The notes under the pieces are model-generated. The model made no database searches and was not told where the DNA came from. It worked only from the letters and a program-made list of their open reading frames with translations. A stretch of DNA of 63,917 bases, counting the filler, from Octopus bimaculoides (Eukaryota), in NCBI RefSeq assembly GCF_001194135.2. It is 8 parts of 8 records of this genome, joined end to end, with 100 filler letters (N's around TTAATTAATTAA, not from the genome) between each part and the next. Parts side by side here need not be neighbours in the genome. Positions count along the whole stretch, not along the records: positions 1 to 15,910 come from NC_068981.1; 7 more parts are not named here. One strand, written 5' to 3'. Shown in pieces: positions 1 through 11,913 of this stretch. Position 1 is the stretch's first letter. Each line of letters opens with the position of its first letter. Made by a program: the position numbers and the translations under genes.

Positions 1-924
1 ACGTAAGTCCGAAAGATGGAGAGAGACAGCTAAACACGTCCATGCTCAATCGCTGGCCAGCAAGAAAGAGACTGTCTCCAGAGTCGGAATGTTGGAGACA
101 CTGCTTGACACGTCCATGCTCATGGCCGGCCGACCGAGAAAGAGACAGAATGAAGCGGGAAAGCTTGCTTGTTGAATTCCACGCATGCGTGAGACTACGC
201 ATGCGCATGGCGTTACTACAGGCCAATCACGAAGGAGGTGTAGATAACTGTAGATCCTGTTTTTATTGGTATATGTTATGTCTTCCGATTTAATAATTTG
301 TGTTCCTAAAAACTTCGCCAAGTATGTAACATGGAGGTGTTAACATAAATTTGACTATCACAAGAACATTATACACACACAAACACACACACACATAAAT
401 ACACATACACATACATACATAAACATACACACGCACACACACAAGTACGCGTGCAACAAACTGAAACGTCGACGGTTCATACCCTTATACCGGTATTGCA
501 TTCTGTCCGTGGTGAAGATCATTACTCTAAAATTACTCGGTCTATCAAGCTGTAAATAGGTATCATTGCGATGTAAGTGTCAGGAGCACTTTAGAATTGA
601 CCAATGCAGATAGAAAAGTAATTCAGTAGTGGACAGGAAGGGCCACAACAAAAATGTCTTCTGTTATGTAATCGCGGATCTTTATGTTCTTAGTTCAAAT
701 CCCACCGAGATAGGTATTGCTTTTTATTTTTCTTTATCAATAATTTAAATAACATGATGGCAAATCATATACATACATACATACATACATACTCACATAC
801 ACACACATACTCACACACACATACATACATACATACATACACACACACACATACATACATACATAATACACGATGGGTGTCAATTCGTTAGTATGACTAT
901 CACTGACAAGTTATCATATTTCTG

Positions 925-1930
925 GGTTTTTTGTTTCTTTCTTTTTCTCTCTTTTTTTTTTCAGTGACTGCGGGACTTACAATATAATGGCAGCAAATGG
1001 CTTTCGTTTTTTTGTTCAGATGCAGCTTTCATTCTCATGTGGTGCAGCAGCCAAGAACTCTTTTTGTACATCAGCTTGATTCATGTGCTTTATGAATTCA
1101 GATTGACTGGAAAATTCTATACCACATAGGTTGCATAATGGATTAGCTGCTAAAAGTTGGTTGTCTTTTAGTATGTTTGCATAGGTAACTTGTGAGACTA
1201 GCTCTGGAGAGACAAATTCATCCGCATTCATCACACTTAAAACGTTGGACTACTGGACCAACAAGTTGTCTTTTCCTGGCTGCTCGTTTTACATTAGTCC
1301 ATTCTAATAAAGATTCCGGAAACTTCCTGATGCGGTTGGTTATTTCTGTCCAGAATTTAAGACTCTTGTTCGTTTCACCCTTGTATTGAGTCAGAGAATT
1401 GTTCACCTAGTCCTAATGTAGCAATTTTGGCTTATGCTGTGGACTTGTATCAGACGTCACTTCACTATAAAGGATTTGTTTTAGGATGTTACTGTCACTA
1501 GTGCCATCTTAAGGCATAGTCATACTGGGCAAGTCGCCCTGGGGTCTTACGGGTCTAGAGACCCAATTCTGATCTGTTTATGCTTTGGTTTACTGTCAAT
1601 AAATATATACTATAGGGCTCAGTGCATGGATTTGCCCAAGGATCTATAAGGCTGCTAAGGCAGCTCTGGCTGTCATTTAGTCGAATAAGATGGCATATTC
1701 AATGGAGTCTATGTTTATGGATGTCAGCTTCAATGCTGAATATGTCAGCATTTTGGAGTGCTTCTGAATCGGGTGTAGGTGTGCTCAGTTGAACACCTAG
1801 AATAATACAACGGCATCGTTAGTGGAATCACTTTTGGATTTTGAGATGTCTGCGGTAGACAGCCTAATTTTCACAAGAGTAAAGCAGTATTGTGAGGATT
1901 TTTACACTATATACTGCACTGTTGGTACCT
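925..1930 (-). mobile_element. Decayed RTE-type LINE, 3' end of ORF2 with C-terminal Cys/His knuckles and A-rich tail
   Basis: Minus-strand translation gives AVYSVKILTILLYSCE...AVYRRHLK...SIEADIHKHRLH*ICHLIRLNDS/DSNILKQILYSEV...HKPKL...KRAARKRQ...FKCDECG*ICLSRASL, the typical RTE post-RT region, with stops and frameshifts. The A-rich tail lies at about 925-962. Confidence 0.8.
1499..1668. mobile_element. 170-bp MITE, hAT-like, nested in the LINE
   Basis: Interrupts the LINE reading frame at 'DS'. Flanked by an imperfect 8-bp duplication actgtcac (1491-1498) / gctgtcat (1669-1676). Degenerate inverted termini (tagtgccatctt.../...aaggcagctctg) and internal tgggcaa/ttgccca. Confidence 0.65.
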
Positions 1931-4200
1931 TTTAAAATTTCTTTTTGACCCCAAACACTATGATATATATATATATATGGAAGAAGAATAGCGATCGAAG
2001 TTTAAGAAAATTTTTACTTACCGTTACTTTGTATATATACCATACCGCAACGGGTAGGCTAGTGTAATAGTATAACACAGTTCGTAAAGCATGCAAGGTA
2101 AAAAGAGTTAATTTCGGTCTGTATATATGTGTACACAATCTCATAGTAGCATATATAAAGAGATATGGTAATGTTACAGAGAAAAGAAAGTGAATTAGTG
2201 AAAGTGAGAGTAGTGGGACGAAGCAACAATTTCGTTGATGAGTTACCATAGTTGTCCCTTTGTACCTTTTCCTTTAGTGACGGTGTTTTGTTCAGCCGGT
2301 CAGCCAGACTCGGTTCTCACCAACTAACTTTTGCTTGGGAATTTTCTATAATTATCGCTCGCCAGATCACTAGAAAGAGACATGCCGTTATCCAAACAAT
2401 GGGTATTTGGGGAGGTCTATTGTTCTGTCAATTTAACTTTCCACCGAATACAAAAGGTTAGCAGGGGTCAAGTGGTAAAGACATTATTCTGCTTAGCGAA
2501 GGTATCTGGCAAATGTAACTGCTGTCAACGTAATGTTTCTCTATGGGAAAAGTCCGTTGTACTATTAAGTGAAATTTGGTGATTGAGGATCGAATCCATG
2601 CTATGCCTGCATGAAGCTACTATATGTGTGTGTCTTTTAAGTTAACTTTGGAAATCATTATCGAACTAATTAACTTCCGTTAATCAGTTAATTCTTTAAA
2701 AATGTAACGGAAGTTATCGATAAACCATTTTTATTATAGAAAAAATACCAAAAAATCAGTTTTTGCTCTAAAACTACCTAAAAACACCTTTAAAAAGTGC
2801 AAAAACTATAAAATCAGCCTTTTTTTGGCCTAATTAAGGGCTTTAAAACCCCAAAACTATATTAATTTTTTTTTTCTGTTAGAATTTTTTTTAATGCTGN
2901 NNNNNNNNNNNNNNNNNNNNNNNNNNNNNNNNNNNNNNNNNNNNNNNNNNNNNNNNNNNNNNNNNNNNNNNNNNNNNNNNNNNNNNNNNNNNNNNNNNNN
3001 NNNNNNNNNNNNNNNNNNNNNNNNNNNNNNNNNNNNNNNNNNNNNNNNNNNNNNNNNNNNNNNNNNNNNNNNNNNNNNNNNNNNNNNNNNNNNNNNNNNN
3101 NNNNNNNNNNNNNNNNNNNNNNNNNNNNNNNNNNNNNNNNNNNNNNNNNNNNNNNNNNNNNNNNNNNNNNNNNNNNNNNNNNNNNNNNNNNNNNNNNNNN
3201 NNNNNNNNNNNNNNNNNNNNNNNNNNNNNNNNNNNNNNNNNNNNNNNNNNNNNNNNNNNNNNNNNNNNNNNNNNNNNNNNNNNNNNNNNNNNNNNNNNNN
3301 NNNNNNNNNNNNNNNNNNNNNNNNNNNNCTGAGTTCAAATTTTGTCATCTTTGCTTTTTGTCTATATAAAGTCGATATAATAAAGTACCACTCAAATACT
3401 GGAGTTTATGGGTAACGTCTGGCACTTTCCCTTCAAAATAACTTGCGCCTATTTATTACTGACTAACTTAAAATAAGATTTGAAGTGATTAAAAAATACG
3501 ACATTGACGGTTAAATAGAGAAATTAAATAAAAGCTAGAAGAGTTTAACTTACATGGTGCCGAAAGAACGACAGTCAGGACTGTAAGGATGCCGACGAAG
3601 ATAAGTGATTTCATTGTTGCAGGATCGGAAAACTAACTCGTGTGATTGAAATACCGGAGTCTGTTGAAAAAATAAGAAAAGCAGGGCTACTTTTATATCT
3701 TATGGTATTGTTCAGAATATCTTCTGACGTCATATGTTATTTTTGTATTTGTTAATTCTATTCTATACACGTTTAATACGGACTTAGCCACACCAAAACC
3801 AAACACATTAAAAAAAAAAGAAATTTTATTTTATCTTATTTTATTTTTAATTTTTATATATACTTGTTGCATCATTTTGTTGATTTGCTTTATGGTTGTT
3901 TTATTTTGACAAAGTTTGCTTTTGGATGTTTATCTCGTGTCAATTATCTCAAGGAGTTAGAGGAAGAATTTTGGGAGAAGTAACAGAAAGCATAAAAAAG
4001 TAGGTGATTGATTAATAGGCTGGCAAAGAGGCGAGAAATTTAACAAAAAAGAAACGGGTTTAATCAACTAAAATAGAATTGGAAATGCATTCAGAAAATT
4101 GCCAACCATTTCCCATTTAATGTGTGTGTATGTGTGTGTGTGTGTAAATATATACCCATACACACAAACATATATATACATGTGTGTGTGTGCGTGTATA

Positions 4201-4255
<55 letters not shown>

Positions 4256-4450
4256 GTAAATGTCAAACAATGAAGATAAGTACCCAACACAGCATTGGTA
4301 GATAGAATTTCTTTATTTGTGAATTAAGGCTACCATTGGTTTCATGTTAAGAAAAATATCTTAATATCTTAGGAATTTTTTTTAATCTGATCACATGGAA
4401 GAACGATGTTCATCTCCATTTTGGATAAACGTATATATATATATATATTA

Positions 4451-4958
4451 CATGGAAAAATGCGAGCATAAAAAGTAATTGTCATAAGATTATAAACCTG
4501 GAAAAGTACAGGACAAGTTATTACACCTGAAAAAGTATAAGATAAGCTATTCTAGTAAAGTAAAGAATAAGAAACTTTTTACTTAAAATATTGCAGCAAA
4601 GAATGCAACTTCTTCTAATTTATCACACTTTACAGTTCTCATCTTTTAAATTTATTGTACAAAACTGTTCAGCTAATTTGTAAGTTTGTCTGATTAGTCA
4701 CTTTTCCGGTATTTAAGGTAGTAAATTAGCCAAATTCTACTTAAACAAGTATAGTGTTATTTGTAAACGATAATAAAATAAGTTTTAATATTCAAATTTT
4801 AATTTTAGCTGCAATATTTTAATTAAAAGGTTTCTTATTCTTTACTTTACTAGAAGTAATAGCTTGTCCTGTACTTTTCCAGGTGTAATAACTTATCCTG
4901 TACTTTTCCAGGTTTATAATCTTAAGAATATTACTTTTCATGCTCGCATTTTTCCATG
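4451..4958. mobile_element. Foldback MITE with long terminal inverted repeats and TA target duplication
   Basis: catggaaaaatgcgagcat...aaacctggaaaagtacagga...tagtaaagtaaagaataagaaac...aatattgcagc is mirrored at about 4805-4958. TA flanks both ends (4449-50 and 4959-60). Confidence 0.85.
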
Positions 4959-5818
4959 TAATTCATGATTTTTCCAAGCATTGCTGTTATAAGGTAATTA
5001 ATAAATTAAGATTTCACCTTATAAAATACTGAAAGATAATATTTCAATTTTTCCATGTAAGTGATGATAATATTTCAATTTTTTTCGTGTTTAATTCAAA
5101 TATATGGTGTGATTGAATTATTTTATATTACCCATCCACACCAAATTAATGGCAGGGATTTTTACCATGTTGTTGGTTGCACTATGGCTTACTAAAAGTT
5201 ACAAACAACAAGACCCCAAATCCATCAGTATCAAGGTTGATTTGAGGCTAAATAACAACATTATGGTAAATTTCAACATTATGGCAAGTTACCAGGTTCA
5301 CCTTAAGTAACCTAATTTTGCAATATTAGGAGGTCACAGGAATTCATTCAACGAAAAAAAAATTCCAATGATTCCGGGATTGGGGGAGAACCTCCCCCCC
5401 CCCACCTCAATTTTCCGAACCAAAATAAAGGATTTGCAGCATATTAGGTCAGGGTACTTGATTCCACGCAAAAAATCAATTTTTTCTTTTTCTTAGTGAA
5501 AATCGTGCGGGTGTTAATATAGAAATTTACCATAATTTTGTTGTCATTTAGTCTCAAATCAACCCTGATACAGCAAACCTATTATCAAAGACATTCCAGC
5601 CTTCAGCAAACCGTCTTTTAAGGGATAATCTAGGACATTACGTATAATGGGCGTTTGATTTAGGTAGGGGGATACTTTGGCTGCTATTTTTAGCGTGTCG
5701 AGCGACCAGGTAGAGGCTCTGTCATTGGTTCGATTGCACGATGAGATTTTTTTACATATATATGTAATATGTACATATATCATCGGCAGAAGTTAGAGAG
5801 TAAGTCAAACGCTGAGAG

Positions 5819-6000
5819 TTTCGCTGACCACTACATTTATATATTGTTTCTCTCCTTGTTTCTTTCTGTGTTCCTTTCAGTTGAAGAGCGTAGGCTCGAA
5901 ACGTCAAAGGCTTTCTCTATTTCCGAGCGTTATACTAATACATCCATTTGTTGTTTACACCACTTGTCTTCGTCTGTTGTTTTTTCGTAAATTCTCCCTA
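5819..6000 (+). mobile_element. Penelope-like terminal (pseudo-LTR) fragment
   Basis: Contains ttgaagagcgtaggctcgaaacgt, a TGAAGA...CGAAAC motif typical of Penelope termini. Related copies occur on - at about 15047-15120 and 54838-55020. Confidence 0.6.
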
Positions 6001-6265
6001 ATATGTATATATATCATTGGCAGAAGTTAGAGAGTAAGTCAAAAGCTCAGAGCTTCGTGTATATGCACTTATCAAACACAAATTTGTCCATTGTCACTCT
6101 ATAACTTCTGACGAAATACTGCTTCTAGAATACAAAATTTTGTCAAAAACGTTAAGAGTAAACCCTGTTCTATGTGACACATTCTACCAGTATCGGAAGT
6201 TTCAAAATGTTTAGTTAAAAAAATTAATTAAATAATCTGTACGTCAAATTGAATAGATCCGAAAT

Positions 6266-6370
6266 GGATAAAAGGAAAAGTTGACCTCGGCGAAATTTGA
6301 ACTCAAAACGTATAGACAGACGAATTATTGTTAAGCATTTCGGCCGGCGCATTAACGTTTCTGCCAGCTC
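6266..6370 (-). mobile_element. tRNA-derived SINE, family A, 5' fragment
   Basis: Reverse complement matches gagctggcagaaacgtta...gagttcaaatt..ccgaggtc of the copies at 9446 and 39995. Confidence 0.75.
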
Positions 6371-6787
6371 AAGACTTAGAATGCTTCCATTCATTTTAGA
6401 AATATATTCTTTATTCTTATTGCTTGGGGCGTTATTTCTTCACTTACTGACATTAAATTTCATGACATTTTACCTCATAACTCTTTTTCTACTAATTTTT
6501 ATTCAATACGACTAACGATTCTGAGTTCCTTATGCATTTTTCCATCATTTATTTCAAAATTAGAAAATTTATGTTAATTGAAGATGAATATCTGCCTTAC
6601 TGCCCACCTTGAGGTCTAACATATTTTGATGTAACTTTTTTTCTACTGAACCAAATCTCAAACTATTGACTCCCAAAGTGCGGCTGAAAAGGTGTCCTCT
6701 TTAAAACTATTAACAGTTTGCAATTTAGTTGAGAATTGAATTAGTGGTGAAACTTGGAAGCTGTTGCGATTGACGAAATGGTGGACT

Positions 6788-7678
6788 TGTAACGACCATG
6801 CAACCAGGAGAGGTAACGAGGAATGGCTCTTTTAGTACATCGCACGGTTGATATAAATAGAAATATGAAAAGAGGATAAATGAATATAAGTGCCAAAAGG
6901 AAAAGAGAGACACAACCGTTAGAAGGTTCAAGAGGTTTTATTGATATGTCAATATGTATGTCTGTGTGTGTGAGTGCGACATAAACAATAATAGACAGGA
7001 CGTCATGTAAACAACGTGTATGTGTACAATCATAGATGTATGTGTGTGCGAGAAATACAGAGCATAGAAAAGAGTCTAAAAGGACGTTGAGAGAAAGTCC
7101 AGACGCAAGGATGGTAGATACCAGTTCGTGGTCAAGGTACATAGTAGTTGAGGTGCTGTAACAAGAAGTTGTGACGGCAATGCAGAGCCGGGAAAATTCA
7201 CATGTCGTGTAAGAAGTTGAGGCTTCAATGCTGCTGCCGGTTACTTGGTACAGGAGGTCTCGCAGGTTGTATTCGCTGTTAACCATGGTGAAGTAATTCA
7301 TAAACAGTATTGAGAGAACCTGTGCGAGTGTTGTTGGTGGTGTGTACGTAAAGAAGTTGGTGTAGTTAAGAAGATGGAGTTTGCCATAAGCTGTTGGTCG
7401 AGTGTTGAATCTCCATGAAGCTGCTGTTGTCGCTGAAACTGGCTGTGTTCTGTGGTCAGCGGCTAGACATCAGAAGGTCTGGAGCCGAGAAGGCTGACAA
7501 ACTGTGACGGTGAAAAGCTAGTTATTTATAATATTCTATCGGCTCAACTGGGGTTCAGAAAAGACTGTCTCACGCGACCTTATCTGAAGGCTGCGATTGG
7601 TTGGGTTGCATCTTTGCGCTCAATAGGACAGGAGACAAAATGTGCCAACACCAACCAATCACAGTGGTGGACACAACA
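6788..7678 (-). mobile_element. LTR-like segment (tentative)
   Basis: Bounded by TGTAAC...CACAACA. On - a CCAAT (7596-7605) precedes TATAAATA (about 7521-7528). No matching TSD or PBS was found, so this is uncertain. Confidence 0.35.
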
Positions 7679-8589
7679 GGGTCCAAAAGTGCTGCCGAAG
7701 GCTAGCTGTTATCCAATACTTTTGTATCCATGTATATATAACAGAGAGAGAGAGAGAGAAGTACGCTACAGACTTAAGAATATATTCAACCACTACCGTG
7801 GTTGAATTATATATATATATATATATNNNNNNNNNNNNNNNNNNNNNNNNNNNNNNNNNNNNNNNNNNNNNNNNNNNNNNNNNNNNNNNNNNNNNNNNNN
7901 NNNNNNNNNNNNNNNNNNNNNNNNNNNNNNNNNNNNNNNNNNNNNNNNNNNNNNNNNNNNNNNNNNNNNNNNNNNNNNNNNNNNNNNNNNNNNNNNNNNN
8001 NNNNNNNNNNNNNNNNNNNNNNNNNNNNNNNNNNNNNNNNNNNNNNNNNNNNNNNNNNNNNNNNNNNNNNNNNNNNNNNNNNNNNNNNNNNNNNNNNNNN
8101 NNNNNNNNNNNNNNNNNNNNNNNNNNNNNNNNNNNNNNNNNNNNNNNNNNNNNNNNNNNNNNNNNNNNNNNNNNNNNNNNNNNNNNNNNNNNNNNNNNNN
8201 NNNNNNNNNNNNNNNNNNNNNNNNNNNNNNNNNNNNNNNNNNNNNNNNNNNNNNNNNNNNNNNNNNNNNNNNNNNNNNNNNNNNNNNNNNNNNNNNNNNN
8301 NNNNNNNNNNNNNNNNNNNNNNNNNNNNNNNNNNNNNNNNNNNNNNNNNNNNNNNNNNNNNNNNNNNNNNNNNNNNNNNNNNNNNNNNNNNNNNNNNNNN
8401 NNNNNNNNNNNNNNNNNAAAGAGAGAGATATATATAACGACAATTGCGATGGCTTCATGTTGCTAATGTTTGTCCTTGCAAATGTACACAAATGCTAAAT
8501 GCATCAGATAGGGTGTCATAAATTAAGGTGGAGATAATTTTGCATCTTTAAAATTGCTTGAATAATTTCTTACACTTACTAATCCTAAG

Positions 8590-11500
8590 AAAACTGGCAG
8601 CAGGAGAACATGAGCGTTACAGAAATTACGTATTCACGAAAAACCTTCTGACGTAAACTTAAAAAATACAATTGGCATGTAAAACTTTTTTTTGCGAGAC
8701 AAGCTAATGGTTCAATACACGCTGGAAATGTTCGAACCTAGAAAAGAACAACGAGGAGGACTGCATCATCATATGCTAGTAGAGTTAACAGAGAATGTGA
8801 AAAGTTCAAATTGGACGAGTTAACGCCGGACATGTCCAAATGCCTGATATTTACTCAGGGACTAACTGCAGAAAAAGACACAGAAATAAGAACAAGAATT
8901 CTTTCTAAGCTGGAACGAAACCAAACCGTAATCTTGCAACAAGTGTCAAGTGTGAAAGAATAGTAAATCTAAGACACTATACAAAGAAAATTGAACATAA
9001 AGATTGCTCCCAAGTGAAACAAGTGCGAAACAGGCAGAATTGAAATCGAATGTGTACTAAAATACAGTACGACCAGAACAAAAATCAGGAAACGAACCCA
9101 TGTTTTGCATGTGGAGGTCTACATCTGAGAAAAAAAACTGCTCATTTAAGAAAGTGAAATGTTTCCGTTGTGGAAAAATTGGACACTTAAAAGCGCGCTG
9201 TAAAACCAAGATGACAAAACGTTGAAACAAAGAAAAAAGAGTAAACAAGATGTCGTGGAAAGAAAATTGTAATGTGACAAAGACGAAATTCGTAAATGTG
9301 AAAATTGAAATATAAGAGTAAAAATGTAGCAAAAGTATATATATTAAAAAAATTCAGTACATTTGTTCGGCACAGAGTGGATGGAACTGTTCAAATTGTG
9401 GAATACGCCCATAAGTGTTTTGTGTGGGAATATAGTTGATTCAGTAAGGTGGCGAACTGGCAGAAACGTTAGCATGCCGGGCGAAATGCTTAGCGGTACT
9501 TCGTCTGTCTTTACGTTCTGAGTTGAAATTCCGCCGAGGTCGACTTCGCCTTTCATCCTTTCGTAGTCGATAAATTAAGTACCAGTTGCGTACTGGGTCG
9601 ATCTAATCGACTGGCCCCCTCCCCAAAATTTCGGGCCTTGTGCCTAGAGTAGAAAAGAATATAGTTGATTCAGTCGAATGTGGTTGAGGGATTGAAATGA
9701 AAAATAAAACATTTATTTCTTGATGTTTTTCGGATGAACTGGGCTGCTGCACGAAAACGAAGGAAAAAATTTCAGTAAAACAAAGTGCAACACCTATATT
9801 TTAGCCAAAACGTAATGTACCGTTCGCGGCGCTAGAAGGTAAATAAGGAATTTGAAAGACTTGAAAACCAAGGAATTATCGAGATGGACCACTCAGATTG
9901 AGCAGCATCTACGGTCTACTTAAAAAAGAAAAATAATAAGTTACGAGTTAGCGCAGATTTTTCAATGGGTTTAAACGGTTGCTTAAGCTTACATAACTAT
10001 CCATTGCCGAGTCTTGAAGAGGTGTTCGCAAATTTGAATGGAGGGAAATTCTTCTCAAAATTAAACTTCTCAGAGTCATACTTACAAATCCAAGTAGAAG
10101 AAGAATGTGCACATTTATTAGCCATTAATATACATCGTGGCTTATTTAAATTTAAGCGGCTTCTCTTCAGTGTAAAAGCGGATCCTTCCATATTTCGACA
10201 GGTAATGAATACAATGCTGGCGGACTGTGATTTTGCTATCGCCTATTTAGACGATATCCTAATAAAAAGCAAGTCACACGAGCAACATATAGAACATGTA
10301 AAAAGGGTATTCGAAAAGAAAATAGAATACGGCTTTAAGCTAAATGTTCTTTGTGAAAAAATTAAATACTTGAGCCAGATAATAGATAAAAATGGATGGA
10401 AATTGGATCCATCCAGAGCAACTGCGATAAAAAAAAATATGTCCACGTCGAATAATGTGACTATGTTACAAGCATTTGGGGGATTGGTAAATTACTACCA
10501 AAATTATATTTCCAATATACACACTGTTAAGGGCCCCGCTAAATGATTTGTCAAAGAAAAATACAAAATGGTGCTGGACTGATAAGTGCCAGAAGGCATT
10601 TGACGAATTAAAAAATATATTAACATCAGATTTATCGTTAACGCATTTCGATCCAATATTATATTGGCTACAGATGCGTGTGATTATGATGTAGGAGCAG
10701 TGCTTCTGCACAAATATGTCAATGGGAATAAAAAGGCTATATCCCATCATCACAATCGTTATTACCAGCAGAAAGGAACTACAGCCAAATCGAAAAGGGA
10801 GCGTTAGCAATCATATTCGGTGTAAAAAAAATTCCATAGATTTATTCATGGAAGAATTATCAGCCTCCAAACGGATCATCGCTGTCGACATACAATTCCA
10901 AAAAAGGAATATCAACAGACACAGCTAATAGACTACAGCTATGGGGCACTACATTATTGAATTATGATTACAAAGTGGAATATTTACCGTCAAAGAAACT
11001 AGGGCATGCGGATGGTTTGTCCAGACTGATACCGAAACACTGCGAGCCATTCGAAGATACGGTAATCGCAACATTAAGATCAGAAGGAGAAATAAAAAAT
11101 GTAATGTGGAATGTGGTACGGGAATTACCGGTGACCCTAGAAGACATAAAACGAAATGTGGAAAAGGACACATTCATAACAGAAATGAAAAGAATGCTGT
11201 GGACAGGAAAAGTAAATAGGTACAGGATTAGGGTGAAATGAAATCAAGACGTGAACTTATACTAAATTTCTGATAGTGTGCTGATGTATGCACAGTGAGT
11301 GGTAATACTTGAAACACTGCAAAAGAAAATGTTGAGGCAATTCCATGTTGGACATCCTGGTATTTCGAAGATGAAATCTTTAATGCGTAGCTACGTGTAC
11401 TGGCCAAAAATGTATAGAGAAATTGAAAATTTAGTGAAAGGCTGCAGAGGATGTGCTCTAGCCGCAAAATTACCAACGATAAAAAGTGAACTTTGACCAA

Positions 11501-11913
11501 AAGTAGATGCTCCGTGGTCGAAACTACACGTTGATTTCGCCGGTCCCTTAAAAGGTTCATACTACTTCGTGGTAGTAGCTAATTCCTCTAAATGGCCAGA
11601 AATTTGTAAGTGTAGAAAGCCAGCCTCCTCAACTACGACAAACTTTCTACATGAGCTCTTTGCGAGATTTGGTGTCCCAGACACTACGGAGTCTGGTGAT
11701 GGAATGCAATTTGTGTCTTTTGAGTTTAAAAAGTTTTGTAAAACGTTCGCTGTAGAACATGTAACTACTGCGCCATACCATCCCAGATCTACCGGACAAG
11801 CAGAACGCTTTGTCAATACGTTCAAGAGAGCCATGAGAAAGTTGAATAAGGAAGTCTTGGATGAAGTAGCTCTACAAAAATTCCTAAGAGTATACCGAGA
11901 GGGGGAGGAGGAG
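8590..11913 (+). mobile_element. Decayed Ty3/Gypsy LTR retrotransposon internal region (gag-PR-RT-RNaseH-integrase)
   Basis: gag-like KLAAGEHERYRNY...FNTRWKC...KCLIFTQGL, CCHC knuckle CFRCGKIGHLKARC, RT YPLPSLEE...AYLDDILI, RNaseH LATDACDYDVGAVL, integrase HVGHPG...YWP...CRGC and HVDFAGP...TTAPYHPRSTGQAERFV. Many stops and frameshifts. Polypurine tract gagagggggaggaggag at 11897-11913. Confidence 0.93.
9446..9656 (+). mobile_element. tRNA-derived SINE family A inserted in the Gypsy element
   Basis: Perfect 18-bp TSD gaatatagttgattcagt at 9428-9445 and 9657-9674. A-box-like tggcagaaacgttag and B-box-like gagttgaaattcc. Confidence 0.92.

Noticed and set aside
1016-1406. Apparent C2H2 zinc-finger gene (CDECG, CNLCG..H)
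   Set aside because: It has an in-frame stop and a frameshift, and is continuous with an RTE ORF2 remnant.
2040-2065. Helitron-like 3' end (short hairpin + CTAGT)
   Set aside because: The stem is only about 4 bp and no 5' end or second copy was found.
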